The position numbers and the translations under genes are program-made. Positions 50,795 through 62,599 of a stretch of DNA of 64,000 nucleotides are shown here, piece after piece. Each line of letters opens with the position of its first letter. The stretch's first letter is position 1. This stretch comes from Octopus vulgaris. Lineage: Eukaryota. The stretch is taken from positions 31,744,001-31,808,000 of the forward strand of contig OX597838.1 in NCBI GenBank assembly GCA_951406725.2, written 5' to 3'. The notes under the pieces are model-generated. The model was not told the origin of the DNA. It saw only the letters and a program-made list of their open reading frames with translations, and did not search any database.

Positions 50795-51337
50795 GATAGA
50801 TGGGGTACTGTGGGGGGTAGGGGTAAATTGGCAGAGGGGGAAGGAAAGCGTGTGCAACATTAGTTAGCTGGGGGTATTGGGGTAGATTAATGATGGGGAA
50901 ACAAGGGAAATTTGTATGACATTGCCTAACTGGGGGGTACTCAGGAAGATTGTTCGGGTAGCAAGAAGGCATATTTGTAAAACATTGGCTAGCTGGGATA
51001 AAGTGGTAGATTGTAATAAAGGAGATTTGTGCAAGATTGGGTAGCTGGGGTGTACATGGGTACATTGGGTGGGGTGGGAAAATGTAAGATTTGTATAACA
51101 TTGGTGAGTTGAGGAAGTGGGGTAGATTAACAGAGTGGAAGAAAGGAGTCTGTGTTATATTGGCTAACTGGGGTACTGCAGTTGATTGGAGGGGTGGGTA
51201 AGGTGGAAAATTTGTGTAATATTGAGTAACTGGAGTACTTAGTAGGGTAGATTGGTAGGGAAAAAGGTTTGTAAAAATAACATTGGGTTAACCAAGGAAC
51301 TGGGGTAGATTCTTGTGAGGAAGGTTTTTGTAACATA
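50795..51337. repeat. Old, degenerate ~60-bp G-rich tandem array (about nine units)
   Basis: Recurring atttgtataacattggctaactggggtac..ggtagattg core at about 50857, 50919, 50981, 51034, 51098, 51157, 51219 and 51279. Confidence 0.75.
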
Positions 51338-52414
51338 TGTCTTTCTACTTTACCTGGTTAATCCATTTCCCTTTCTCACCTTCACTTTTTTCTTCTCTGC
51401 ATCACTTCCTTTTTCCCCCTCTTCCTCATCCTCTCACTCCACCTAACTCTCTCTCTCCTTCTCTCTCTCTCTTCCCCCCACACTCCTTTCTTTATATAGA
51501 TATCTCTCACACTATTCCCCCTACCTCTTACTCTTCCTCCTGTTGTTCTGCTTGGCTTGTTCCATTTTTCTACCATTAATCATCTATTTCCATTCTCTTC
51601 TCCATTTCAACTATTCCTCTCCCCCTCCATCCCTCCTCCCTCCCCACCATTTCTTCTCACATATTTCTATCACATCTACCTTTCTCTCCCCCTCTCTCTC
51701 TCTCTCTCTCCTGCCACTATCCTTTCCCCATTTTTATCCTCTTCCTGCTCCTCTCACTATTTTCTTGTTTAACTTTCTCTTGTCTACTTTCCCCCTCTTC
51801 CTATCTCTCTCTCTCTTTCATATCTCTCTCTCCTCTCTGCCTGCCTCTCTCTTTCTCTTTTATTGTCGTCTCCTTCCTCTTTTATCTCATCTTCCCCTCA
51901 TTCTCTTCTCTTTCATAATGATGATAATGATGATGATGATGATCATCATCATCATCATCAACCTCTCCCTCTCTCTTGTCTTCTCACTACCGTTCCTAAC
52001 TTCTATCCTCTTTCTGTTCCTCCATCACTACCCCTCCCCTCACCCTACTCCCCCCCACCCGCAACCTTTTTATCAATCCCTTTTCTAACACAGACAAACA
52101 GACAGACATGTTTATTCCGTAACTATCTTCTTCTGCTTATCTTCCATTTTACTCCTCCATAATTTTCACTAGACTTCTTTCTTTTAACAACATTTTTCCT
52201 CCATTTCCTCTCAATTGCATTCGACTATCCTCTCACCACCACCACTCCTCCTTCTCTCCCTCCCTCCCTCCCACTCTCTCTCCACCTCTTACTAATTCTC
52301 TGTCTCCCAGTCCACTCCACCATCACCACCACCACCACCTTCACCATTACCACTGCTATTTCTAGACTGCTTTATTTAATCAAAATCCTTCCCTCCACAA
52401 TTGAACGGTGTCAA

Positions 52415-52469
<55 letters not shown>

Positions 52470-53782
52470 CATTATTATAATCTCTAATGTTGCTGATGTT
52501 ATATCACACACACACACACACTATACCATGGAAATGAATCATTACATTCTCCACACCCTGTCTCTCATCCTTCAAATACATACAAATCCACCCTCCCTCC
52601 CTCCCAACACCCCACCCCACCTTATCCATCACACCGTTCCCCCCACCACCATCTCTTTTAATTATATTTGTCTCCTTTATCTCTCATCTGCCCTCACTTT
52701 CTCTCCCTATCGCCCCCCTCCCCACCCCTCAGTTTTCTTTATCAATATTTTCCACCCTCCTCACATCTACCCCTCCCCTCCAATGCTACAATGCTGTTCA
52801 CAAATGGAACCAGTGAACCAAAATTCTTCACCACCAGCATTGCACCACCCCTCACCCCCTGGTGTCCCTTACTTTTCATCCACCCCTTCACACCCAACGT
52901 AAAAGCAGAAACTAGGTACATCCCCCCCATCACCCTCTTCCCCTCCCCTTCTGTCTGTTCCGGCTACCTTTTCCTTCCTCTCAACACCCTCCTCTTCCTC
53001 CACCTCCTCTCACTCGCATATTACCACCACCCGAACTACAGCCGTCATTTGACAGCAGCTGCACCACCACCACCACCACCACTGCAACCACAACCACTAC
53101 TGTAGCCAGAGCTACCACCAACCTCCACCATCACTATCTTTTGATGTCACCAGGAACATAACTGGTGCCACTCTTTTCCACCTTACTACTACTACTACTA
53201 CTACTACTACTGCAGAGCCACCTATGGAGTTTCTGTGTAGTTGCTTGACCTGCTAATAACAGCAGCCAAGTCTCCCAGTGAAGGAAGGGCACATTGGGTA
53301 ATACAGACTTATGTGCAATAACTTGGAACAGAGCAAAAAATTTTATAGTTTGGTCATGGTCGGAATGCTGAGTTTTAAGGTCTGTTGAATCCAAGTTGAC
53401 CTTGGGCTAAACAACAACAACAACAACAACAACAGCTATGGTAGCAACACTCTGCTAGTAATCACCACTAGTACAACCACCACTACTGTTATTACCAGCA
53501 CCAACATCACACCACCACCACCACCACCACCACCACCACAGGCCCCCCACGCCAGCGGCGGCACCGGCGGCACCACCGCCCATACACTTCAGAGTTAAGT
53601 AGTTTGTCTAACAACAAAAACCAGCAACTGACACAATTTTTCTAAGTCCTCTTGGAACAAACAGCAGGCACCTCCCCCCTGCTCCTCTTCCCCCCCCCCC
53701 CCCGTCTCTCCTTTTCCCTCCCTCCCTCCCTTCTCTTCTCTCTTTTCTCTTTGTTGTCTGCTCAATGGAAATTGTATCTGGC

Positions 53783-53817
<35 letters not shown>

Positions 53818-54129
53818 ACAACAGCAACATGGCACCAAAGGCAAGCTATGTTGACTGGTTGACTGGCAACTAAGTAAAAGCACAGGTAGCTGGGGTTTGT
53901 TTTTGTTGTTGTTGGTGTTGGTGTTGTTTTTGCTAGGTGGTGGTGGTGGGTGTGGGTGTTGATATGGTAGTCATGTTGGTTTGTGTTGGAACTGCTGATG
54001 GTGATCATGGAGGTGGTGGCAGTCATGGTGGGAAGTACTATGATGGTCTTCACCTTGGTCTTCTATCATATTTCCATTCGCATCCAAAGTTGTATTATAT
54101 AAACTTTGGTACTTCACTGCTATTTCCTT

Positions 54130-54457
54130 TCATTGACTTTGACCCCAGTGGGATTTGAATTCAGAACATAAGGGGCCACAAGCAGGTACCACAAGGCATG
54201 CTGCTTACTATTCTAACAATTCTTATTTCTTTATTGCCCACAAGGGGCTAAACATAGAGGGGACAAACAAGGACAGACAAAGGGATTAAGTCAAATACAT
54301 CGACCCCAGTGCGAAACTGGTACTTAATTTATCGACCCCGAAAGGATGAAAGGCAAAGTCGACCTCGGCGGAATTTGAACTCAGAATGTAACGGCTGACG
54401 GAATACCTCTCAGCATTTCGCCCGGCGTGCTAACGTTTCTGCCAGCTCACAGCCTTA
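54130..54457 (-). mobile_element. SINE family A: young copy (54224-54457) next to an older one
   Basis: Diagnostic central box and head. Confidence 0.85.
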
Positions 54458-54665
54458 CCCTGTTGGTCCACTATCTGTCATGTTAGTGGCATGGTCACAG
54501 TGATTTTGATGTTGGTGACGACGATGATGATGATATTAAAGTTTAGATGGAGGAAATGATGGGATCATGATGACAGATTGATGGTGATGTGCCCCCATTT
54601 TTTAAAAATCCAAACTGTCCTTCCTTTATGTTTTCATGATAGTAGGATCTGATTTAAGGTCTCTA

Positions 54666-55673
54666 TGAATGTTTGGGACAAAAGTCTTTAGTCTATTTTA
54701 TCAAAGTTAAAAGTTTCAGCATTTCCATATCAACTCCAAAACTGCCAAGACCTTACCTAACAATGGAGCCCTAACCAACAAGGAAGTCCTGACCAATGAG
54801 GCAGCTCTAACCAACAAGGAAGTCCGAACCAACAAGGGAACCCTAACCAATGAGGGAGTTCTAACCAATGCGTGAACCCTAACCAACAAGGGAACCTTAA
54901 CCAATATGCATCCCTAACTAATGAGGGAAACAACTACATGGAGATCCCCCTGATTGACTCATTACTGTTGTTGTTTAGCTCCAGATTATTCCTTCTTTTG
55001 GACATTGCATATGTAGGGCTACATCATCTTATGTATTTCTCCTTTGCAAGACAGCAGTGTTTAATTTGAGGGAGATAGTTCTACTATTTCTAATGGGCTG
55101 AACAACCACTTACAAATTTGTTTCATTAGTTAGGGATCCGTCATTGAATAGAGCTCCCTCATTGGTTAAAGCTCCCTTGTTTGCTGGAGACTCTTGTTGA
55201 TTAGGTCTCTTTCATTGGTTAATACTCCCTCATTAGTTAGGGATGCATATTGGTTGGTTAGGGTTCACTCATTGGTTAGAACTCCCTCATTGGTTAGGGT
55301 TCCCTTGTTGGTTAGGGTTCACTCATTGGTTAGAACTCCCTCATTGGTTAGGGTTCCCTTGTTGGTTAGGGTTCACTCATTGGTTAGAACTCCCTCATTG
55401 GTTAGGGTTCACTCATTGGTTAGAACTTCCTCATTGGTTAGGGCTCCCTTGTTGGTTAGGGTTCACTCATTGGTTAGAACTCCCTCATTGGTTAGGGCTC
55501 CCTTGTTGGTTCAGACTTCCTTGTTGGTTAGAGCTGCCTCATTGGTCAGGACTTCCTTGTTGGTTAGGGCTCCATTGTTAGGTAAGGTCTTGGCAGTTTT
55601 GGAGTTGATGTGGAAATGTTGAAACTTTTAACTTTGATAAAATAGACTTAAAGACTTTTGTCCCAAACATTCA
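54666..55673. repeat. ~1-kb inverted duplication whose arms contain an 18-bp TTAGGG-bearing minisatellite
   Basis: 54666-54927 is the reverse complement of 55225-55673 apart from array copy number; unit ttggttagggttcactca / ttggttagaactccctca / ttggttagggttcccttg. Confidence 0.9.
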
Positions 55674-56823
55674 ATTTTGGGATAATAGCAAAATAATTTT
55701 TGAATCGATTGTGTCTAAAGTCTATATGATATCTGGTTTTCACTTGATAGCTTTCTGTAATGGATGTACCGTGTAATATTCTTTATATAATCAAGAAAGA
55801 AATAAAGAAATCTGTTTTTATCTCATGATTCAAGAAAATTCTGCTATTGATCCAGACAGTTGATATTCTGGCGAGCAATGTCCTTTTCACATATATTCAA
55901 AACAGAAAAGCTTTTCTTTACTAGTAAGAGCCCTACTTGTAACCAAATAGGAAATTCTTGTACACCTAAATACATCACATTTTTTCTTGTGCTCTCTCTG
56001 TCTCTCTCTCTCTCTCTCACACACACACAAAAAGCACTATGTTGTCAAAACATTCTTCAGTTCTTCAGCTTTGAAGTCTCTCTGAAACCATATTTTAATA
56101 TTTTCTCAAACAACACTGGAAGTTAAAAAACAAAATAATAATTCATTAAAAAAATTTGTATGTATGTATGTGTATGTTTGTGTGTACATACACATGCATG
56201 TATGCATATACATATGTGTGTGTGTTTGTGTGTGTGTGTTATATAGATAAGTGCATGTGTGTGTGTGTGTGTATTGTGATAAAGTTCAAATAAATCCTTG
56301 CAATGATTTAAAGTAAATATTTTCCTTCGGAGTTAATCTCCCAATGTTGTTGAAGTTTCCCTACAAATATATCATCACCGGTCTACACCCACCTTCCAGG
56401 TGTGTTTTTAATTGCACCAGGTACGAAGTAGATCTGATCTCTGATGTAGATAAGGGAGAGAAAGTTATTCTTGCTGGTACCTAGCTGAAAGGCACCTTCA
56501 GTATCCACACCTTTGTGTGTGCATGTGCGCCTCCTCCACACACTCTCTCTCTCCCTCTCTCCCTCTCTCTCTCCCTCTCTCTCCCTCTCTCTCCTGCTCC
56601 CCCTCTCTTTGTCACACATTCACATATCCACTCACCCACACAGATGGAGGTGTTAGCCCAGAGCTAGAGAGCTTGCCTCAAACTGCAACTGATGCATCTT
56701 TATCTGCAAATTACGTGCAGTGTGGAAATATGTCTGATTAGTATCACCGCTGTCATGTTGCTGAAGACTTGGCCTTTAGATTCACATCTGCTTTATTCTG
56801 TTAACTTCCCTTTATCTCTTTAA

Positions 56824-57039
56824 CCCTTTAGCATTCAGATTACTTTGTCAAATGTGACGTTTGTTTATTCGTATTCTTTTGAATTAATCATGCTTTGTCT
56901 CTTGGCTCCAAGATTTTGATGATGTGAATGTTTATTTTTAGAATGACATTGCAAGACTGGTTTGAAAGGTTGGATCTGGCCACTTTGAACATAAAACAGG
57001 TAGAATATTTAGGCTGGGTACGACTTGTTTAAATGCTAA
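56824..57039 (-). mobile_element. piggyBac-type MITE E1, one end damaged
   Basis: TTAA ccctttagcattcagattac...gtttaaatgctaa. Confidence 0.8.
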
Positions 57040-57244
57040 TTTAAGTGGGAGATAGAGAATGGCAAAATATGAAGACAGAACTGCAAATGCAATATAATCA
57101 ACTGTCTCAGTTGGCCTTTGAAATGTAGTGTAACATTTTTCTGATCTCTATATACAGTGTTCCTTTGTAGTTGCCAGGGGCTCACCACAGTCAGCCAAAC
57201 CAGTCTAGCAAACTACAGTTTAATTAGCATCTACACCTTATTGG

Positions 57245-58105
57245 TGACCCTGCCAGTGATGGTGTCACATAAAAGCACCCAGTACACTCTGTAAAGTGGT
57301 TGGCATTATGATGAACATTCAGTTGTAGAAACCATGCCTAAATGGACAATAGAGCTTGCTTGGTACAGCTCCTGGCCTTGTCAGCTCCTGGCCTTGTCAG
57401 CTCCTGGCCTTGTCAGCTCCTGGCCTTGTCAGCTCCTGGCCTTGTCAGCTCCTGGCCTTGTCAGCTCCTGGCCTTGTCAGCCCTGCCTTGTCAGCTTGGT
57501 CTTGGCCCTGCCAGTGATGGTGTCACATAAAAAGCACCCAGTACACTCTGTAAAGTGGTTGGCATTATGATGAACATTCAGTTGTAGAAACCATGGCCTT
57601 GTCAGCTCCTGGCCTTGTCAGCTCCTTGCCTTGTCAGCTCCTGGCTTTGTCAGCTCCTGGCCTTGTCAGCTCCTGGCCTTGTCAGCTCCTGGCCTTGTCA
57701 GCTCCTGGCCTTGTCAGCTCCTGGCCTTGTCAGCTCCTGGGCCTTGTCAGCTCCTGGCCTTGTCAGCTCCTTGCCTTGTCAGCTCCTGGCCTTGTCAGCT
57801 CTTGGCCTTGTCAGCTCTTGGCCTTGTCAGCTCCTGGCCTTGTCAGCTCCTTGCCTTGTCAGCTCTTGGCCTTGTCAGCTCCTGGCCTTGTCAGCTCCTT
57901 GGGCCTTCTCAGCTCCTGGCCTTCTCAGCTCCTGGCCTTCTCAGCTCCTGGCCTTGTCAGCTCTTGGCCTTGTCAGCTCCTGGCCTTGTCAGCTCCTGGC
58001 CTTGTCAGCTCCTGGCCTTGTCAGCTCCTGGTCTTGTCAGCTCCTGTCAGACTGTCCAACCCATGCCAGCATGGATAATAGACATAAAATGATGATGATG
58101 ATGAT
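57245..58105 (+). mobile_element. Family C retroposon expanded by a 16-bp minisatellite (ctggccttgtcagctc)n and a ~90-bp internal duplication
   Basis: Arrays at 57367-57500 and 57594-58045; duplicated ccctgccagtgatggtg...gtagaaaccatg at 57248 and 57506; (gat)n tail. Confidence 0.9.
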
Positions 58106-58346
58106 CCCACCTCTTAATGGATTGTCTTTGATATGGTTTGGTAGTTTTATGCACAACAGAGAGTTTCTGTAGCTTCTGATGTGATGTCATGTTAGCACAT
58201 GAAACATTGGTAGAATGTTTTGTCTCTTGTAGAATTATTGAATTATAAAGATTCCGTCACCAAATATCAGATGAATCCACTTTAAAGTGACAGTAAAAGA
58301 TTATTTCAGATTCCATTCCTCATCCAAGTCAGTCTTTATTTATGAA

Positions 58347-58743
58347 CTAGCAGTATCGCCTGGTGTTGCTCGGGTTTGTAAGGGAAATAACTATATAAGC
58401 ATTTTTAGAGAGTTATAGCCAAAAAATAGCAAAAAATGCATTAAAAATGGAAAAAGAATTATGGTAAATTTTTTTTTAAATCGTTGACTCATCGTAGACA
58501 TTTTTAGAGAGTTACTTCCCTTATATAATAGCGAAAAAATGCATTAAAATGGAAAAAAATGATGGTAAATTTTTTTAAAGATCATAGACTCATCGTAGAC
58601 GCGTGCTAATACCCAGAAGGGCTCGATATGAATCACGGCTATAAGATACCCGGTTTTGGTTAAACTGCACTGCAAAATGTGGGAGTAGTTAGGAATCTAA
58701 ATCGAAGGGGACAGACACACAACTTCACTTTTATATATAAAGA
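58347..58743 (-). mobile_element. Non-autonomous Helitron
   Basis: Minus strand A|TCtttatatataaaag ... hairpin cccgagcaacaccaggcg ... CTAG|T; no TSD; internal ~100-bp tandem duplication. Confidence 0.9.
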
Positions 58744-58859
58744 TATGAAACTTGAATCCTTATTATGCCCACAATCAAGTTTGAGGACTGCTACACACAA
58801 GCTGTGCTGTTTCATTTTCTATGTCAGCTGTATGTAGAAAGTAATCAGTGAGCAATTCT

Positions 58860-59095
58860 ATAAGGAAATGTCCCCCTCACAAGCTGACCCTGGAAGATTG
58901 CTACAGCTCTGTGACATCCAGAGTTGCTCACCAGCCATGTTGTCATCTGGGAATTGGCTCACGGAAGGCTAAATTGTGGGTCTCCTTCCAAAAGCATGGT
59001 GAAGACTCTGATGGAGGAGAGTGGTACTTTGAATGCTGTTGAATTCAGGACATGAGTAATGGGACACAATCTGTAGGACGTGTTTATCATCATCA
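58860..59095 (+). mobile_element. RTE-X LINE 3' remnant
   Basis: HPELLTSHVVIWELAHGRLNCGSPSKSMVKTLMEESG resembles HPExxxSxLILWEPxHGxRxRGRPxxTYxxxLxxDxG. Confidence 0.7.
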
Positions 59096-59744
59096 GTGCA
59101 AATTGTAGATGACAAAAAACCCCCTCCTAAAACCCCACTTTTTGATGGTAGTTTGTTCAAAGGCAAACAAATGATGGAGGTATGGGGAACCCATAGTTAA
59201 GGCCAAAAATCATTAGAGCATTGTAAAAAATGCCTAGCAGTATTTGATCCAGCTCTTTACATTCTGAGTTCAAATCCTGCCGAGGGGTACTTTGCCTTTT
59301 ATCCTTTAAAGATTGATAAAATAATTGAACTAGTCAAGTACTAAGATCAATGTAATTGATAGCACCCCCCCACTGCTTCTCAAAATTGCTGGCCTTATGC
59401 ATAAATTAAGAGTTATAAACCTCAAAGATTCCTAGTTCAAATCCTGCCTGGCATTATGGTCTGGTACACATCCTGGAATATGACACCTGATGACAAATGA
59501 AGAAATATAATGTGAATGTGAATATTGAAAATGAATTAATTCTCTAAAAATGAGGTTAATAATCTGTTAAACCTTATTAACAGATTGTCTCAGACATTTA
59601 AATTAAAACTTTTTTTAGTTTCTTGACGAGCAAGCTTGTTTGCTGTGCTGGGGAAAATGTTTATCAAATTGATTTGCTTCTTGCAAGATTTTGCATGAAT
59701 GTAACTAATGATAACTAATCAATGAACTTTATGAATGGCATCTT

Positions 59745-60136
59745 TTGAGTGTTGGGCCTCACAGAAGTAATGTGGCTGATGCTGGTGTCATGTAACTGGC
59801 TTGTAAAAAGCACCTTACAAGTGTAGGGCCTCATGGAGGCAATGGCAAATGACTGAGACCTTTGGCAATATACTGTGCTTGAGTAGAAGACCCATCAAGC
59901 TGGGTGAAATCATAGTCATGGCAGACACTGGTGTCATGCAACTGGTACCTCTGCTGGTGGCATGTAAAAGCACCCATTACACTTTGTAAAGTGGTTGGTG
60001 TTAGGAAAGGCATCCAGCCGTAGAAACCATGCCAAATCAGACTGGAGTCTGGTGCAGTCCCTCAGTTTACCAGCCCTGGTCAAACTGTCCAAACTTTGCC
60101 AGTATGGAGAACGGATGTTAAATGATGATAATGATG
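59745..60136 (+). mobile_element. Family C retroposon, longer variant
   Basis: Shares gactgagacctttgg...gaagacccatcaagc with 887-1235; (gat)n tail. Confidence 0.85.
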
Positions 60137-60284
60137 AAATATATAATATGAAACTTTAACTTTGATCCTTAGTTATTTTGAAAATATGCAAAATTTAAAT
60201 CCTAAAATTTATTATCATGCAACGAACCCTAACTTCTTAAAATTTCTGGCTTTGTGCCAACTTTTGAAGCCATCATCATCATCA

Positions 60285-60321
<37 letters not shown>

Positions 60322-60773
60322 GCAATTTATTGTGATATTATAATCAGGTCTGTAAGAATGACACAGATGATAACGCGCTGATCATTTGCTGATTAATGAG
60401 TAAGCTAATTCTTACCTGTCAGTTTTGACACTGCATTTTATCTACCATTGGTCTGCAGGAAATACTTGCAATATTCAGGTCATTTAACTACAACTGTTCC
60501 AACACATAATCTAATCTCTATGTGTGCATATATGGGTACATATTGTATTATGCAATAGAAATTTATACACTTCAAGGGGGTCACTAAATGACCAGGGTAC
60601 ACCAAGACTCATGTAGTGGGCAGAAATGACAACAACAGGACTTTTTTTGCTTAGTCTATGTGATTTCTGTAATAATGGTCAGTCTTTCTTTAATGTGGCT
60701 ATGCTTACAATTCTTTCAAATGATGAACTTCTTCATCAGAGATGAAAATATTTTTCAATATTTACACCCCATT

Positions 60774-61212
60774 AAGGCGGCAAACTGGCAGAAACGTTAG
60801 CACACCGGGCAAAATGCTTAGCGGTATTTCGTTTTCCGCTACGTTCTGAGTTCAAATTCTGCCGAGGTCGACTTTGCCTTTCATCCTTAAATAAGTACCA
60901 GTAAAACACTGGGGTCGATATAATCGACTTAATCCGTTTGTCTGTCTTTGTTTGTCCTCTCTGTGTTTAGCCCCTTGTGGATAGTAAAGAAAGAAAAAGG
61001 TGGTGAGCTGGCAGAATCGTTAGCATACCCGGCAAAATGCTTAGCAGCATGTTTGTCTGCCTTTATGTGCTGAGTTCAAATTGCACCAAAGCCAACTTTA
61101 CCTTTTATCCTTTCAGGGTCGATAAAATAAGTACCAATTGGGCACTGGGGTAAATGTGATCAGCTTAGGCCCTCCCCTGAAAGGAGACCTTGTGTCAACA
61201 TTCAAAACCAAT
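60774..61212 (+). mobile_element. Two head-to-tail family A SINEs
   Basis: aaggcggcaaactggcagaa... and aaggtggtgagctggcagaa... Confidence 0.9.
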
Positions 61213-62599
61213 ATCCCCCCCACCCATTCAAACAGTTTGGTCTCATTCATCATTAGATATCTTATTTTGGGATGTGTTATTTAAAGTACCAGCCTGGATT
61301 TGAACTAAGGATCTCTATTTCTGAACTGAGAGGAATAGCATTTTTATCACTGAAGTCATTGCCACATTTATGTCATACATCAAACTGTAACTGCTAGATG
61401 TAAAGATGTAGATATTAATGTTTATTACATTGTTAATGATTCTGTTAATAGTCCCAAAAGTTATAAACCTTGTTAATAACTCATCTCTGACGTTTATCCA
61501 TTCATTGATAACTTATGGATTACAATTGAGATATTTTATTTATAGTAAATATTGTGTGTGTGTGTGTGTGTGTGTGTGTTGTTGGAGTGTAACGAGTAAT
61601 AATTGGAATGGAGTTATTCAATAATAAGGGGATCGTTTAGCATTAAATTCATCACATGCCTTTGGTTATTGGCATTTGGAGAGTAAATTATTTAAAAATT
61701 CTGAAGTCACTGACCTGTGAGTGTGTGGTGGAGGGGTGCATAGAAACTGGAGTGGGGACAAGCTGAGTATTATAGGCTGTGGATTTGGAGTGTCTGAAGG
61801 GTCTGGGGTGGGGCAAATTGAGTCCGGTGTATTATGCAGAGAGTGTTTGGTTAATAACTTCCAACACACACCTGTGTACAATGCATTCTGTATCAACACC
61901 TGCTTTTCTTGTACAGTTTTTATTAGTAGAGCTAATTAATACAGTGACATCAATGTTAACGAGAGAAACAGGTTGTTAACCTTTTAACTAAGTAAATGTT
62001 AATATTGCTACTCCAATTCTGACTGGAGAAGTGGTTCTTTTTTGTTTGTCATGGTAACCAACCGGCTTAATGTTATTTTGTGATTGTTAAAAACTTGTTC
62101 AAATCAAACTTTTACTTTGGTGGTGGTGGTGGTGGTGGTTGTAGTAGTAGTAGCAGCAGCAATTGTAACAAAATGGTATTAAACTTAGCAGAGAGGTGGT
62201 GGTAGTGGAAGTAGCAGTGATGACTTTCAAACTAAAGTCTCTTTAGAAATTAACATTTAATTTTAGTACTATTAGCAGCAATGGCAGCAGTGACAGTTGA
62301 AACAGAAAATGGTATTAGACTTAACAGAGGTGGTGGTGGTCGTGGTGGTGGTCGTGGTGTTACAGAGTGGTGGATTGGCAATGGGATTTTTACATTCTGT
62401 TTTCAAATCTTGCTGAGATCAGCACTGCCTTTCATCTCTCTGGGTTGTGGGGAGTAGTGTGGGGGGAGCAGGGGGAAAGAAGATCCCAATCAAATACCAG
62501 TATCAGTTTGACTACTGCCTCCTCAGAAATTTCAGACCTTGTAGAAACAGGTGTCATATCGGTGCTGGTTTGGCCAAATTGTTATGGTGTGAGAAAAAT

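Noticed and set aside
50795-51337. CRISPR-like repeat-spacer layout
   Set aside because: Repeats are highly degenerate, linkers are related low-complexity purine runs, there are no cas genes, and the context is eukaryotic.
55194-55622. LVRVHS / HWLGF repeat proteins
   Set aside because: Translations of the 18-bp array; open in two frames; no splice or start context.
56644-56741. Possible terminal exon after cacag (DGGVSPELESLP...)
   Set aside because: The pyrimidine tract is just a microsatellite; no recognisable peptide or upstream exon.
57593-58172. Three overlapping repetitive ORFs (SAPGLVSSWPCQLLAL)
   Set aside because: Artefact of a stop-free 16-bp minisatellite inside a retroposon.
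59480-59500. cacCTGATGA possible hammerhead 5' core
   Set aside because: No stem II or GAAA partner follows; at best a deleted relic.
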